Of a stretch of 64,000 nt of DNA, positions 1 through 13,805 are shown one piece after another. The notes beneath the pieces were generated by a model. The model ran no database searches. It was given only the letters and a program-made list of their open reading frames with translations, and was not told the DNA's origin. Source of the DNA: Eledone cirrhosa (taxonomy: Eukaryota); NCBI GenBank assembly GCA_964016885.1, contig OZ024741.1, positions 388,926,001 to 388,990,000 on the forward strand. Direction: 5' to 3'. Numbering within the stretch: position 1 is the first letter of the stretch; each line of letters begins with the position of its first letter. Made by a program: the position numbers and the translations under genes.

Positions 1-90
1 TTAAAACATAACAGATTAAAGCTGTATTTCAAATCTTTCCAGAAATACTACAAACATAAAGTATTTACCTCTTTAGAATCAAATAGTATT

Positions 91-160
91 CATCATCATC
101 ATCATCATCATCACTGTTGTCTGTCTGTTTTCCATGCGGACATAGGTTAGATGAGTTGTT
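91..160 (-). mobile_element. 3' tail remnant of RTE LINE, (GAT)n-ended
   Basis: (CAT)n followed by ttccatgc...ggttagatgagttgt, the reverse complement of the RTE 3' end seen at 29170-29234. Confidence 0.6.
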
Positions 161-214
161 ACATTCTGAAACTAGACAGGTCAGATGACTATCTTGCTCA
201 TACAGAGTAAATAG

Positions 215-745
215 TCACCTCTTGGAACTGTTCAGTATCATGAGCCTGGTCCACCAAAGTTGTCCCCTCTCATCTCTGTTGTATGTACTGACTCTCAGAC
301 CACTACTGCACAAGTTGGACACATTAAGGAGCATCCCATGTGAACTAGGATTTGAGAAATCCATATCAGCATCTGACGTCACCATAGTGGTGTCAAACAC
401 CAAACACATCAAGGTGATTGGCACTTCTCTGAAGGAATATGAAGTGATATCAAGAGCAGAAATTAACCAGGAAAAGTTGGCGAGCTTGCAGCTCTGCACC
501 TGAAGAGATAAGTCCATGCTGTCCAACAGCATCATAGGAGGTTGAACAGACACACCGGTTAAATTGCTTGGACTCTGGTTTGGTTCAGACCTTCAGATGG
601 AGAAAAACTGGGAAGAGGTAACGAGTAGGATGGCCACTCTCACCCAGGAATGGACTGAGAGGAAACTATCCCTGAAAGGTTGGGCAGAGGCAGTGAACAT
701 GTACATTGCGCCCATCATCTACTACTGCTTGACTATTGTGTCTTG
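215..745 (+). mobile_element. Degenerate L1/Tx1-like LINE reverse transcriptase fragment
   Basis: HQSCPLSSLLYVLTLRPLL (QGCPLSP-like) and LGLWFG...NW...W..RKLSLKG motifs; YADD decayed; stop and frameshift present. Confidence 0.7.
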
Positions 746-2310
746 CTGTGTGCCAAAAAATGTTCTTGTATATTTTTTAGCTTCCATTACTTGTGTGTTA
801 AGTGTACTGGTATGTTTTAGTATAGTTTGTGAAGCACAGGTCCAAAATGAAGCAAATTTGATAGAAACAGCTCTTTTATTTTATATTTAATTTTTTGAAA
901 CATGCAAAAATTAAATGTGTAATCCAGACCTGGGGGCAGTAAAATATCAAAAACAGTGGTGGCACTCTAAAAGAGATAATCAGATTATAGGACTGTTAAA
1001 TCAAGGCTAATCTAGGCCTAAACAATGTTTAATTTTGATATACTACTCACAGTAATTTGTATCCTAAAAACAAATAGCATTTCTCTAAATAACTTTTCAT
1101 TGGAAGTAAGATTATCCATATCAATAATATCTCAAAATATCTTAAATTTGTATTAGCGTGTTTTAGTCATTTATATTTTTTAAATGTTTGTATTAGGTTT
1201 TTATCTACAATTACATCTCATTTTCATGGAGTATGTATTCTATCAAACATTTTCTTTAGTTTTGTGAGCTGCTGTTTGAGATTATCTTACTCAATGCAAG
1301 AACCATATATATTTTCAGATTTTCTGAAAAAGAATATTTCAATCTAACACTGTGTGTGTTTTGTGTGTTCTCAGTGTGTATAGTGTATATTGTTTTTGGT
1401 AAATTTGCATGTACACCATGTACATTTAGCGATGTTTATGATAATATATTTTAAAATGTTTTTCTGTTTATTTATAAGCTATAACTGTTAATTTCTTGCA
1501 ATGCCCCTCCCCCCACTACTCAAATTTGTATGCACACTTATCATTTGACATTAGTGCAAGTATAGTAAATGAACCTTCATCGGTTTCAACAATGATCATT
1601 CTGGTTTGATCAACAGGGTGGCTTACTCATTAAATTAACATGTAAGTGGCCAAGTATTCCACAGACACATGTACCCATAACATAATTCTCAGGGAGATTC
1701 AATGTGACACAATGGTGTGATAAGGTACAGTCCATCTTATGGACTTCCAAACATTTACTGTCTACCTAGTTTCACTCACAAAGCTTAGGTTGACTTGACC
1801 CAGCTCTATGCTTAATTATTTATTTTTTCTGTGATAATTGTACACCTGTTAATAGCTATTTAGCTGATATCTTTAAACATTTGAACCCATTAGTGAATCA
1901 ATTTATATTTTCCCCATTTATGATGTAAAAATTGTAATAAAGTTAAAAACTTAATATATTTTGCTTTTTTTTTGCATACGAGGCTGTGTTACAGTTCAAT
2001 CATTGGTATCTTAATGCAACACACTTTAATTATGAAATAGGTATCTCTTTTAATTGTAGAATATGGGATGTTACCCAAGAGAAAACTAGTGGATGTATGA
2101 AGGTTTAATGTTCTGTAGTCTGCTTTCCTTAATGGTTGTAACTCTGTTTTTTTAAAAGTTTCTCTCATTTTTTTTTTGTGATTGAAAGAAAGAAAATTGC
2201 TTTTTTGATTAGTGATACTTTGCTATCTGATAACCTTTATTTCATATTAATCATTAAATTATTAGTCTATATAAGCAGAGCTAAATGTTTCCTTTTAAAA
2301 ATTTTACAGC

Positions 2311-2370
2311 CACCATCATCATCATCATCATTTAATATCCATTTTCTCTGCTAGTAAGGGTTGGATGGGT
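2311..2370 (-). mobile_element. RTE 3' tail remnant
   Basis: (CAT)n + ttaatatccattttc..tgctag..gggttggatggg matches the reverse complement of 19330-19390. Confidence 0.55.
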
Positions 2371-2533
2371 CTTTATAGACTGAATCAGTACTCATGCAGG
2401 GCTATTGACCTCTCAGATAGGCTGGGGCCTGCATCTCACATATGGTCCCATGCTCTAACAAGTGTATTTTAATATGGCACAAGTACTAGGAAGACTTTCT
2501 TTATATTGAAGGTGTGTAGGAAAAATGTGTTAA

Positions 2534-2712
2534 ATAATTGTTTCTACTTTAGGCACAAGGCTAGCAATTACCCAGTGCATTACTGGTACTTTATTTTATC
2601 GACCCCGTAAGGATAAAAGGCAAAGTCAACCTTGGCGGGATTTGAACTCAGATCGTAAAGGGACGTAACCATGCTGGAAAGCATGGTGTCTGACCCTCTA
2701 CTGATACTGCAA
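2534..2712 (-). mobile_element. tRNA-derived SINE, family A
   Basis: Reverse complement of the 48222-48408 copy, including B box GAGTTCAAATCC and body gcctttcatcc..ggggtcgataaaataaagtaccagt. Confidence 0.85.
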
Positions 2713-4499
2713 TGAAAGTTGTTTGAAACTTTTATTATTGCTCATAATAAATTAAATAGTTTAAAACCAAGTTTACTTAATATCTGTATTTCTCTCACAG
2801 TAATCAATTTTTTCAGGTTTGTATTTGAGATTTTTAAATTTATTTTTAAATAAAAAAAAAATATCTCTTCAAAACAAACACAAATCCATTCACAGTTGGA
2901 TTTTAATGTTACTTAATGGACTTAGAATTTGTCTCCATTAACAGAGGAAGTTGAATTCTTGTTTGCCTCTCCTCATATAAATGGAATGTTGTAAAAACAC
3001 TTGGATCATGAATGATAGATATAAATTTATTGTTAGCACTTAAGACAGGGTGTTAAAAGAGAAACAAGGTATTTTTACCTATGAATATTAATAAAAAGAG
3101 ATCTATAGAACTTTGAATACATGTAAATGCAGATGCTGTAAATGTTTTTCTACTACTCAATTAACCTTTTTAGCAGATAATTTTTTATTCTTTCTAAAGT
3201 AATTGTAGACAGACAAGTTCAAAATTTATAACATTCTGCTGAGTAATAAATTGAATTTTAAATCAATAAACCTAACATGTCATTTAAGACACTAATCTTA
3301 GTTTTAAAGGAACCTCCTAGGGGTTATTAAACTGAATTAGCTAGCATTTCTATATAATCTTTAAAGTATGAGATAATATTGTCAATTGTGCTTCGAAATT
3401 TATTTGAAAGGCATACAAACGTCTCCTTGGATTGTGTCAAAGAGTTACAAAATATTTTTATTCTAATAATAGCTTTTAACAATCCCCATCTGTATCTGTG
3501 ATTGAACATTCTTAGGCTGAATATCTTTCTAGTAAATCTTGTTAGTCTCATTATCTATAAATCTTTGTGTCATTTATTTTTGTTACTCATCTTTCCCTAT
3601 TATTAAATTCACTGATCACAATGAAAATTCTTTGATTATTAGCAATGTCAAAAGTTTTCTTGACAACTTTACATTATAAACAATAGTTACAATGCCAACA
3701 CTAGCTTCCAAACGTTGATTCTGTTCTCACACACTAATTTTTATTCATAGCCACTACATCCTGTAACTCTGAATTTTACTTTTTTTGTCGATGTCTGTAT
3801 TTGATAAACTGTTTACATTTTGTTAGACAGTAAAATGCTACAATACTCCTGTTCTGTTTGCAGAATATTCATAGTGTATATTAAGAAGGATCACTTACTG
3901 TGGTATTGTACCTCTTTTAGTTAGGTTCATATTCAATACTTAAATTCTTGATGAAAATGATGCAGACATTCCTTGTACAGCTTTCTCTCACAAGGAAGTA
4001 TCTCCATCTTATCCATCTTTTAGTAGGGTTCATGCTCAGCTCTTTGATATATATATTTTTTTGTAAGTTTGCGTTGCTGGATTATTTAAATTTAATTTAA
4101 TGGTGCGTTTGCAGATATGAAAAAATAGTGATTGTACTCCATGGATGAAAAAGGAAGATGTGCAGGTATGTATAGGTTATGTTCACAAATGAAATGTAGG
4201 AGGTTTATACAGGATGACAGACAATGAGGTTTGAGTATTAGCCAATCTATTTGGACATTTAAGGTTGTCATGAGAAGCACAGAAAAGGTAACACAATGAG
4301 AGAGGCATATTTCCCTCTTAGAATACATTAGCCGTAACATTTTGAGTGCTTGCTATATTGAAGAAAGAAAATTGATTTTTATCATTGTTTATTGACATGG
4401 CATATAATGCTGTGTGGTAGTGAAATATGGTCAGATTTGAAATAAATAAATAAAGAATTAAATATAGTGCAGTAATGCAGCAGATTCAGCATTTAGTAA

Positions 4500-4996
4500 T
4501 CAGAAAAAGGGAGGTAGGTGTAAAGCCAAACTTGCTATCTTCAATTTGGTATTCGTGTCAACCCTTACCTATGGTCATGAATCTTAGGTAATAACCGAAA
4601 GAATATGATAGCGAATACAGGCGACTGAAATGGGGTTCCCCCAAAGGGTTTTTGGAATTACGTTACCTGATAAAGTGCATAGTTCAGAGATCAGAGAGTA
4701 ACTCCAGGTAGAACATCCAAATTGAAAGATCACAGCTCCGATACTATGGACATGTGGTTAGAACATCTCAGGAAAGAATCGCTGGGCAGATTTTTCAGGC
4801 AAAACCAACTGGCAGAAGACTCGGGTAGACCCTGAGCAAAATGGTTGGATAACATCCATGAGCTTGGCTGGTCTCGATTGGTGATGCAGCTGGATCAGTT
4901 GGAGATGGTTGCTTCTGACAGGATTCGCTGGAAAGAATGTTTGACGACTCTGCCTCGACACTCTCTCAGGAATAAGTGAGCGAAGAAGAAGAAGAA
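4500..4996 (+). mobile_element. 5'-truncated Expander/Rex3-like RTE LINE with (GAA)n tail
   Basis: Degenerate TLTYGHES, QATEMGF, IERSQLRYYGHVVR and GR..GRP..WLD motifs, ending in gaagaagaagaa; four related copies in the window. Confidence 0.75.
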
Positions 4997-6264
4997 ATAG
5001 AAGTTATTGTTTAAATTATTCAGAAAAGACAACACTTGTAGAGAAATGTTAAGTGTAATAATCAAGTCATCCAATTTGTTTTCTTTTTATTTTTAGAAAT
5101 TAGATTTATTTTCCATACTGCTCTGATGTTGTTCTGAGAAGTTGAAATCATCATCATCATCATCGTTTAACGTCTATCTTCCACGCTAGCATGGGTACAT
5201 TTGATATTGAAGAAAGAATTACATATCTTAAGAAAAATGTTATACATAATGTTTCCATTTAAGATGTTAAAGAATTCCATGTTATCCGTTCATTTGCAAA
5301 AGATAAATATGCATGCTCATGTCTGAACATTAAAATAGGAATTTTGTTTGTTTTTTAATGCAGGCAAGTTTAAATTGTGACATTTTCTATCATATTTTTC
5401 TTACTTTTCAATACTTTTCAAATCATTATGTATTATTAATTAAATTATTTCAATTTTAAATACCAAATGTGATTGGCATATCTAAAATCTCTTGGATTTT
5501 TTTTAATAATCATTTTTGATCTCGTAATTAGATTAATAATCTCTTTATATGTTTTTAATCATAAATTTTTAATGTGCATATGAATGTGGTTTAGTGTATG
5601 GAATCGAAGTGAATATATTTCTTTGCTTTTATTATAGAATTTCTTTTATTATCAGAATTTTTAGTTTTCTGATTGGTTTGGATATAGATCTTTAAAAATG
5701 CTAAAGAATTTGCTTGTGACTTGCAAAATTTTCAGGTACATTCATTAAAGCATTGTATTTTCTTTCCATAACATTTCTCAAAGCATTTAATATTTCTTAA
5801 AGGATCCCGAATATTTATTTGAATTTCCTCTATTTTACTAGCTAGCAAGCAGAAAAAAAAGAAAAAGAAACAAATGTTATTTCTATTCTGCATTTTTAAT
5901 AGAAATTTGATCACTGAATCCATCAGGATTATTGCCCTGCACCTTTACTCATGAATGACAGGCAGTTATCCTCTGACACATGGTGAAAAGATTGTGTGAT
6001 GGATGTAGCTAAGTTCCACTTGGAGAAGATGGTGAGAGTTGTGAGCATTACTCTTAGAATATACCTGTAGGCTAGGGAATACACCTGGGAAAGAGTACCT
6101 TTAGTAATCAGGACAATCCTAGAGCTATGGGGTTCCTTGACTATCTTTATGTGGCAGTCTCCCCTCCTTGGTGATTATTACATATATGTGCAGTCATTAT
6201 GCATTCATTTTGATTTCAATATAAATCCCCACATCTGTTTCTGTAATGCTTCCTCATTATGGAA

Positions 6265-6383
6265 ATAATTGTTTCTATTTTAGGCACAAGGCCAGCAATT
6301 ACCCAGTGCATTACTGGTACTTTATTTTATCGACTCCGTAAGGATGAAAGGCAAAGTCAACCTCAGCGGGATTTGAACTCAGA
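6265..6383 (-). mobile_element. SINE family A, 3' part
   Basis: Near-identical to 2534-2652. Confidence 0.85.
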
Positions 6384-6511
6384 TGGAAATAATAATCACT
6401 AATTCTAGATACACATTCGAGAACTTAATCTCCATCTTGTCTGGGATAGGTTTGATAATAGAATATTGAGTGTGAGTTTGCAGCTGTTTATAATCATGAG
6501 TCTAAAGTTTA

Positions 6512-6770
6512 TCTTGAGACCAGAGGCTCACCAGGCCAGTGATTGTCATAGTTTCCTAGAGGTTAAGAAACTGAGAGTACATGACTCCCTCCATGACAGG
6601 ATGCCAGTCCATCGCCAGGTTAAACTCCCACCTGCTGCCTGTACTCAATTTCATTTGAGTATACTGGAGCAATATGAAATGAAGTGTTTTGCTCAACACA
6701 CAACCCAATCAAGGAATCAAACCCATGACATTATGATTGTAAATCCAACACCCTAACCACTAGGCCACAC
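6512..6770 (-). mobile_element. tRNA-derived SINE, family B
   Basis: Reverse complement begins gtgtggcctagtggttagggtgttgg (A box) and contains ttgagcaaaacacttcatttc and gcgatggactggcatcctgtc; matches 32500-32767. Confidence 0.75.
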
Positions 6771-7384
6771 TATCTTTACAATCATGAGAGAGTAGTTTAA
6801 TTGGTGATTTTTACCTGGATACACATCAAGAAATAAAAAAAAATTATAGTTATGTGTTTTTTTTTAATATGTAGAGTAAAGTCTCACTGAAAATTATGAC
6901 AGGTATCTGTATTTGAATATTTTCTTTTCTACTGGAGATTGATATGAATCCCCAGTATAAGCCTCATAGCATCATATATGGTTTATCATATTGGTTTATT
7001 TGTTTTGAAGTAGTAATCTCTAGTGTATCACTTTCATCTTTGTCGTAATTCATTTTATCATTCTCATGAAGTTCTGGAAGTCACTGAAAAGTAGAAATAA
7101 GATTTGGGCAATTAATACTGAGTTTGAAAAGCTGGTGATTTGTATTTACTTGTATAGTACAGAATTAAACCTTAAGCAGATGATATAAGCAAACATGTTC
7201 AAGAAATATAGGAGTTTATTGTAATCATGGTGGAAGATATGAAGAGGGCATAACAATCGCCTGTGTTTGAAGTTTATTTATTATGTCAATAACTATTATT
7301 TTATATTACAGTTTAGGATGTCCATAATTAAGAGAGAAGTTAATTCAGTCACAGATATGTAACTGTTCCAAATTAAAGGGGTAA

Positions 7385-7580
7385 CATCCATTTTTCCATG
7401 CTAGCATGGGTTAGACGAGTTGTCCCATTTGAGACAAGTCAGGTCAGGTTATGTGTCTTGCTCATACAGAACTTTCTGACTTGGTTTCTACAGCTGATAA
7501 CCCTTCCAATCACATTTACAGTGTGGACTGAATGCTTTTTATTGTGGCACCAAAATGACCACTTTACAGTGTGGACTGAT
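7385..7580 (-). mobile_element. RTE 3' UTR fragment
   Basis: ttccatgctagcatgggttagacgagttgtcc and repeated tttacagtgtggactg motifs, complementary to 28960-29200. Confidence 0.7.
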
Positions 7581-8682
7581 GGCTGGGATTGGGGAAAGTG
7601 TATGGACATGGGTGGAATGTTAGGGCATGGTAGGTGTATGGAAGGGGAAAGAGGAGGCTAGGAGAAAGGGACATGGGTGGAATGTTAGGGCATGGTAGGT
7701 GTATGGAAGGAGAGAGCGAGGATGCTAGGGGAAAGCAGTGCATACTAGATGTATGCATCAATTATAAGGTATATATTAGAAGTTACTAATGTGAAGTGAT
7801 AAAGGTGTGGTTGGAAGAACATGAGAAAAGTGAAAGGTTGTTCTACCAGTATAGGAGTAAAGAAGCCATATAGGAGTAAAGATGCATTTTGACTGAAAGC
7901 ATTGTTTCAAAATTGGTAGTGGCTAACTAGAAACTTAAAACCTACAATGTAGAAAATTATTATCTGCAAATTCTATGATAAGCACCAATATCACTTAGTG
8001 AAGTTTATCATTTCTGAAGAATTGTCTTGCATTTTCTGTTTTTATCACTAAAATTGTGATCAAGATCTAGGCTGACATTATAACGCTGACCTATCCATCT
8101 GTGATGTTAAAAAAAATATTTTATTTCATGTCTGCATCTATTCTGTTGTATCAATAGATACATATTTTTTCTTGTCTCAATCATCTCATTCATTAAATAT
8201 CTGCTGATACTTATTGCTTCTACATCTGATTCCATTTTCCCCAAGTACTAGAATGTTCAAATTATCATAAAACCTTTTACATAATGGTATTCTTATTTTA
8301 GAACAAATATTGCTATTGAAAGAAAAAAAAATGAGATTAACACATCACTTTGCCTGAAAGCATTTCATATCTCTAAACAGATATGAAAGAGTTAATATAT
8401 TATATATTTGTAAAATGATTTATGTGTTGTTTTCTACAAACTATACAGCTTACCTAGTAATGCAAGTACATTTCTTATAAAATAGTTTTGCCTTGTATGT
8501 GACAAGAATTAGTGACCATCATTCAATGCAAAAAGCAATCAAATAAGAAAGTATTATAAGAACTTTCCTAATGAACATCTTTTAATGTTCAGATTGAAGG
8601 TAACTATCTACTCTTTATTATACTTGAGAGGTTTCCAGAAAGTTCTTTTTAACAGCAAACCATATCAGTCCCTTACAGCTCT

Positions 8683-8894
8683 TTAACTCTTAATGTCCTG
8701 TACTACATGAAACTGCTTTCGCAACACATTATTGAAAAATACAAAACAGAATTATGATTGTGTCACTATAAGGATTAAACTGTTTACTTCAATATTGCAA
8801 ATTTATGCAACAATCTGTCTCCTAGATATTATAAACATCTGAATTAACAAACCTGTTTATAAATATGTTCTACTAAATTATTGCCAGAGGTTAA
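8683..8894. mobile_element. TTAA-flanked MITE family 1 (piggyBac-like, non-autonomous)
   Basis: ttaactctt...gaggttaa ends; homologous to 33927-34140, ~43355-43520 and 45773-45970. Confidence 0.6.
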
Positions 8895-9569
8895 ACGTTA
8901 CAATCATGAGATATCTCATAACAAATAAAACTGCAAAATGTCTGAGGGCTTGAACATTCATTGATAAACTCTTAGATGATACAAACCTTAATAGGGAGCA
9001 ATGGGAAATCGTGAATTGTGAAGAGATTGTCAGAAATGTTTGACTGTGGTCACAATGATGGTGAATAAAGATTATATTTCTGCTGATAAAGTTAATTGAA
9101 GCCAGAAACGTTTACACAGACAAAGAAAAATGTTAGCAAATCTTGAATATTTTATTTTAATCATTAACTTTAGTTATTACTCATATTGAAAATAGTATAA
9201 ATAAACAAACCTGCCTTTTAAGCTAGTGAAAGGCAAGTCCTTCGTTTTTTTTTTTTTACCATGAAATCTAAATCAAAAAGTATTTTCAAGATTATTGAAA
9301 TTTAATCTTACAATCGAAGTAAATATAACATTTAATTTTAAGTATAAGTTATGTTAAGTCATTAAATAGTCAATATCAGTTAGTAATGAAGTACAAGTAG
9401 ATATTTCTAAGATGGAAGAAAAAAAAAGAAAGGAACCAATTGTCAGATCAGACCAAGGAACACTGTTTCCATTGGTCTTTCCATTGCTGATACTATCTAC
9501 TGGTTGCAACTCCTGGCAGAAGAAGCAATGTGAGATACAGTATTTTGGTTGAAAAACACATTACACAGT

Positions 9570-9894
9570 CTTGTTCAGGAGTTGAATACTTGGCTTCATG
9601 ATCCTGAGTCCACATGCCTTCCCTGGAAGAAAAAAAACCCATTTAAATTGTAATATGAATATCTAGAAAGCTTAATTAATCAGATTATATGTAATGTTAG
9701 TTCTTTTTAATTGTATCAACATTACCAATAACAGATAAAAAGTTATACATGAGGCATGAGAAGAATTATAAATTACAGAAGACTTTTAGGGTAGATTATT
9801 AAAGATGATTAAATGAAAGAAAGATGGTAAAGCTTGGTAGAAAGGGATTTAAGAGAATTACAGATAATTGTTACTTTGACAGATTCATCTGAAT
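9570..9894 (+). repeat. Left arm of long inverted repeat
   Basis: 9673-9879 is the exact reverse complement of 14137-14343; outer flanks align with lower identity. Confidence 0.95.
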
Positions 9895-9998
9895 GAAGCA
9901 TTTATCTATTTGACTGTCATGCTATTACATCTGAATCATTTATCTATTTGACTGTTATGCTATTACCATTTTTATTTAAGATTGATATTTCAGTCTTT

Positions 9999-10243
9999 CA
10001 AACCTTTCATTACTATGTTTCTAATGAAACACACTGCCAATGTTTTATTTAATTTTGAACATAATCAAGAGTTTGGAGGGATTTAATAATTTCTCCTTAT
10101 TAAGTTGGTGTTTGGGACATAACTTAAGCAAAGGTTCTTATGTAGAATTATAATGGAAGGTTAGATATAAACATTTCAAAATAAACAGTTTTCGATCATA
10201 GAACCAGGGGCAGTTTCAAGTAGTTTGATATCAAAAAGGTTAA
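9999..10243. mobile_element. TTAA-flanked MITE family 2 (piggyBac-like)
   Basis: aacctttcattac...catagaaccaggggcag...aaaaggttaa; related to 51916-52134, ~55550-55763, ~56180-56410 and ends near 30955 and 38218. Confidence 0.6.
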
Positions 10244-11271
10244 AATTCAGCTGATTTTGGAACAAATATTAATTCATTGCTTTACATATCCTAAATAGGT
10301 TATAAAGGGCTAATTATTGTTTAATTTCAAATTTGTTTATTCTACTGCAAATGATAATGAATTAACAGAATTACTAGAGCATTGGGTTAAAGAGCTTTGC
10401 CATATTTGTTTTGGTTCTTTATACTCTGAGTTCAAATCCTACTTTATCTGTCATCCTTCTGGGGTTGATAAAATACCAGTCCAGGGCATTAAATTGATGG
10501 AATTGTTAGAGCATCAAGCATGATGCCCTGTGGTATCATTTTAACCCTGATTATTTTTAGTTCATTTGCAATATCTCTGGTGACAAGCTACATCAGCCGT
10601 TGCCTTTTCCTTGGACAACATTAATGGCATAGAGAAAGGAGACTTATATGCATGGTCAGTGGTTGGTCTTCCACAAAACACTTTGCCTAGGCTTGAACTT
10701 TGGAGAGATACTTTCTAAGTGCATCATAAGTTATTTCAGTAATATTTTAATGCACACCTGGTATATTCATTAGAATATCCTGTAAAATATTCCATCTCTT
10801 TACTGAGGAAATTGTTACATACATTATGAATGCACTAAAAGTGATATAGCATAGTTCAGTGAACATGCATTTATTGAATATTATTTTTTTTGTTTATTGT
10901 TCAGTTTGATTAAAGAAGAAATATCTTGATTAGATACAACAATTATATACTTTATCCTTTTGATAGGAAAATGGCTGAAACAGTCTATGGTTCTACAATA
11001 TTAAGCTGTTTATTTCAAAGTATCAAGCTTACTCAGATTTCTTTGACTTGGTCATGCCATCCATCTTGATCCTGTATGGAGGTTTTTGTTGTTTGGCTGA
11101 CCTGTGTGTATCCATGTCAAGCTGTTCATAGAAGTAGATCACTATTGAGATCTTGCTTATCACTCTAGCAATGTACTGTAGAGTTCATGCATCTTCCTCT
11201 GACATCAGTAATTGTAAAAACTGTTTTGTTTGGTTGGATGTTCCTTCCAAATAGGGTTATTCTTTTTTTTT

Positions 11272-11606
11272 TTACTTGTTTCAGTCATTAGACTGCAGTT
11301 ATGCTGGAGTACCGCATTGATTTAGTTGATCATACCGCATTGATTTAGTTGATCATACCAAGCCCAGTACTTATTTTTTTCAAGTCTGAGACTGACTTTA
11401 TCAATCTCTTTTTTGTCAAACTGGTAAGTTATGGGACATAGCTACAGACATACATGTAAATACAGACACACACAGTTTCTGCCTACCGAATTCCAGTTAG
11501 AAGGCATTAGTCAACCCAAAGCTATAGTAGAAACTGAACCCAATGGGACTAAACCTAGAACCAAATGGTTGCAAAGCAAACTCCTTAACCATGCAGCCTT
11601 GCCTGC
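11272..11606 (-). mobile_element. tRNA-derived SINE, family C
   Basis: Reverse complement starts gcaggcaaggctgcatggttaaggagtttgctttgcaaccatttggttctaggtttagtccc and ends gactgaaacaagtaa; internal ~23-bp tandem duplication at 11310-11356; decayed relative at ~35980-36305. Confidence 0.7.
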
Positions 11607-11779
11607 ACTTATTATACTTTAAAAAAACTCTCTCTAAAAAAAAAAATACAAATGAGGGGCCTGGGAGACATGGGATGGAAACACAAATGTTACATATCCT
11701 GAGATCCCAGAGAGGGTTTAAAAGGGAGCAAACCTTAACTGGTGGTGACTGGAACATTACAACCTAGTAATGTGCCAAC

Positions 11780-12245
11780 TTTGGTCATCAGAAGAAGGGA
11801 GATAGGTGTAGAGGCCAAACTTGCTACCTTCAATTTGATATTTGTGCCAACCCTTACCTATGGTCATGGCTAAAAGAATATGATTGTGAATACAATTGTC
11901 TTTGGTGTAATATTACTTGATAGTGTGTATAGATCAAAGACCATAGTCAGTCCATGTAGAGCTGCTAATTCTCTGAATTGAGAGATCACAACTCTGATAT
12001 TACAAACATGTGGTCAGAATATCTCGGGAAAGAATTGCTGGACAGAATTTCCGAGCAAAACCATCTGAAAGGAGACCCTGGGGTAGACCTCGAGCAAGAT
12101 GGTTGGATTCCATGAGCTCGACTGGTTCCACTTGGGGATCCAGCTGGATCAGTTGGACACAATTGATTCTGATAGGACACGCTGGAAGGTATGCTTGAAA
12201 ACTTCCCTCACAACCTCCCAGGAATAAGTGGGTGAAGAAGAAGAA
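11780..12245 (+). mobile_element. Expander/Rex3-like RTE 3' fragment
   Basis: Aligns with 4500-4996; VVRISRERIAGQNFRAKPSERRPWGRPRARWLD; gaagaagaag tail. Confidence 0.75.
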
Positions 12246-12348
12246 TTCTACAAAAAACTTAGACAACAGCTGTTCTGTTTCAAAGTTCTAAACTATATGA
12301 AACAATTTACTTGTCATGAATTCTAACAGCTTGTATTATTACTTTGGG

Positions 12349-12468
12349 GCTGAGTTCAAATCCCGCCGAGGTTAACTTTGCCTTTCATCCTTACGGGGTC
12401 GATAAAATAAAGTACCAGTAATGTACTGGTTAATTGCTGACCTTGTGCCAAAAGTAGAAACAATTATT
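12349..12468 (+). mobile_element. SINE family A, 3' part
   Basis: ctgagttcaaatcccgccgagg...aaagtagaaacaattatt. Confidence 0.85.
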
Positions 12469-12902
12469 ACTTTGCTGAATTCAGACAATTTTAATGAGTG
12501 TGTCAAAAGTAGGCATAATAGCCTATTTTCTCTTTTAAAATTGACATTTATTTTATTTTATTTTATATATATATTTCTTTTTTTTGTAATTTATTTCTTT
12601 ATCATTTAGCTATCCCTCTTTTTCTAGAATAATATTTCTTGATTTATTATATTAAAGCAATTGAATTAATTTTAGCCTAAAGGTTTAATCTTTTTTTTTT
12701 AAAGATTAAAGGCACTTTCAAAGAAAAGATATTTAAGTTATTTAATATTAAAGATTAACGTTAAGTGTTTTAAGATATATTATGAAAAATGTATTTCTCT
12801 TGGAGCTAATATTGCTTAATTTATGTCAGTTAAATGATTTACAGTTGGATTCCACTACAGTGTGAAGGTAATTTATTGTTAGCTAATTATTAACTTGTGG
12901 CA

Positions 12903-12992
12903 GCATGTGGCCTGGTGGTTAGGGTGTTGAACTCACAATCAGAAGGTTCTGAGTTCAGTCTGTTGTGTTCTTGAGAGAGACACTTCATTTAT
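12903..12992 (+). mobile_element. SINE family B, 5' part
   Basis: gcatgtggcctggtggttagggtgttg...gagttcag...gacacttcattt. Confidence 0.6.
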
Positions 12993-13152
12993 GTGCTTTT
13001 CATGAAAGGATTGGGGCTCCTATTATAAAAACATCCCATAAGATGCAACTTTGTAGGAGGCCAGCTCTACCTACAGATATGTAAGTTGTAAATTTCATTT
13101 CATTATTTCACTTAGTAACTCACTTTAGAAAACAAGGTCAATTTACTATAAC

Positions 13153-13805
13153 TACCACATATACTCAAATATTAACCCTCCCCCAATTTTATGTCTGAAA
13201 AAAAAAAGGGCAAAAATCTAAACACTTTTTATAAGCCAAGGCAGGTAATCAACACATTCTTTAGATGGTGTGGTTTTGAAATTTTTAATATTTTGATATT
13301 TAAAATGTTTTCACAGCAAGCGAGGGCCACATGGGTCACGTGTTGTCTGAGGGCCGCATACGACAACTAAATGCGCACATTACAACATATATTTTTTATT
13401 TTATATTACAAAGATAAAACATGCTGGCGTTGTAAAAACCTTTATGCAGGTGGTCTTGTAAAGGGCTGCATACGTCCCGCGAGCCGCATGTTTGATATGC
13501 CTGATTTAAAGTATAGTATTTGTTTCATAAATACTATACTATGTAATGATTTTTTTACCAAATTCTGACCATTTTGAAGGGTGCAATTCATTCAAAACAT
13601 CAAGAACAATAGGAAATATGAACTTCACATCAAAAGTAAAACTGGTGTAATGTTCACTTCCACAAGCGAACATATTTGAGGACCTCATTTACGTAGAATT
13701 TGAAGTTGGTGAAAATCGGCAAAATATTGAACTCGAATATAAGCTGATCGATTTTTTTTTTTTTTTTTGTCACATTTCTGAGTTTATATACGAGTGTATA
13801 TGGTA
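13153..13805. mobile_element. Non-autonomous Tc1/mariner-superfamily (Tc2-like) DNA element with a nested hAT-like fragment
   Basis: Imperfect TIRs ta-ccacatatactcaaatat / tatacgagtgtatatgg-ta; 13153-13285 matches the reverse complement of 35335-35467; 13318-13503 ends in cccgcgagccgcatgtttgatatgcctg, resembling hAT/Charlie MITE ends. Confidence 0.55.

Noticed and set aside
3327-4340. Short ORFs as host genes
   Set aside because: Short, AT-rich, with no domain motifs or splice support.
12845-12868. Possible host micro-exon (ttacag/TTGGATTCCACTACAGTGTGAAG/gtaatt)
   Set aside because: Splice-like signals alone are too common; no supporting reading frame or homology.
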